A stretch of 64,000 nt of DNA, taken from positions 5,210,001 through 5,274,000 of the forward strand of contig NC_086101.1 in assembly GCF_963921235.1 (NCBI RefSeq). The letters run 5' to 3'. Shown in pieces: positions 63,751-64,000 of this stretch (its first letter is position 1; every line of letters begins with the position of its first letter). A program made the position numbers and the translations under genes. Source of the DNA: Mobula hypostoma. Taxonomy: Eukaryota. The notes below the pieces were generated by a model, which worked only from the letters and a program-made list of their open reading frames with translations, ran no database searches and was not told the origin of the DNA.

Positions 63751-64000
63751 CTTTCCTCCAGGAGTTCCAGTTTCCCCCACATTCAAAAGACGTCCCGGTT
63801 AGTGGGTTAGTTGGTCACATGAGTGCAATTGGATATTTTGTAAGTGACAGTAACTTTATTCAGAGAACACATTTTGTACAGATGATATAATTCAAAGTGC
63901 TTTACAATGGGATAAAAATTCAAACATGAAAGGTAAAATTAAAAAATAACGATAACTCTGAATGTAAAAGACAAAAAAAGATGTTAGTTAAAAGCAAGGT

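Noticed and set aside
61835..64000. Final Lhx exon (VWFQNARAK)
   Set aside because: Not seen; the region is TE-derived intron. The ORF read-through VSAGQVG... is intronic, so this is not evidence of a truncated homeodomain.

Overview
Repeat-dense vertebrate genomic DNA, not prokaryotic. The repeat landscape (many CR1 LINEs, Rex1/Babar, RTE, Penelope-like elements, HE1/V-SINE-like SINEs, Tc1 derivatives) suggests a cartilaginous fish, probably a ray; this is inference. Two host genes are visible, both on the + strand. (1) The last coding exon of the centromeric histone CENP-A (5181-5315), which is absent from the ORF track, followed by about 2.7 kb of probable 3'UTR. (2) Four spliced coding exons of a strongly divergent Lhx2/Lhx9 (apterous-class) LIM-homeobox gene (52302-52433, 55294-55496, 58595-58953, 61641-61834). 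Their splice phases are compatible, and the last exon lies beyond the window. The most interesting signals are: this may be a third Lhx2/9 ohnologue on the MHC chromosome next to CENPA; Penelope-derived minimal hammerhead ribozyme motifs occur repeatedly, some packaged as short fold-back elements; a 2.4-kb minisatellite arose from inside a LINE; and several TE-free islands rich in TAATT or CCAAT motifs are candidate enhancers or promoters. TE boundaries were read by eye and are approximate unless target-site duplications (TSDs) are given. Homologue comparisons are from memory, not from a database search.
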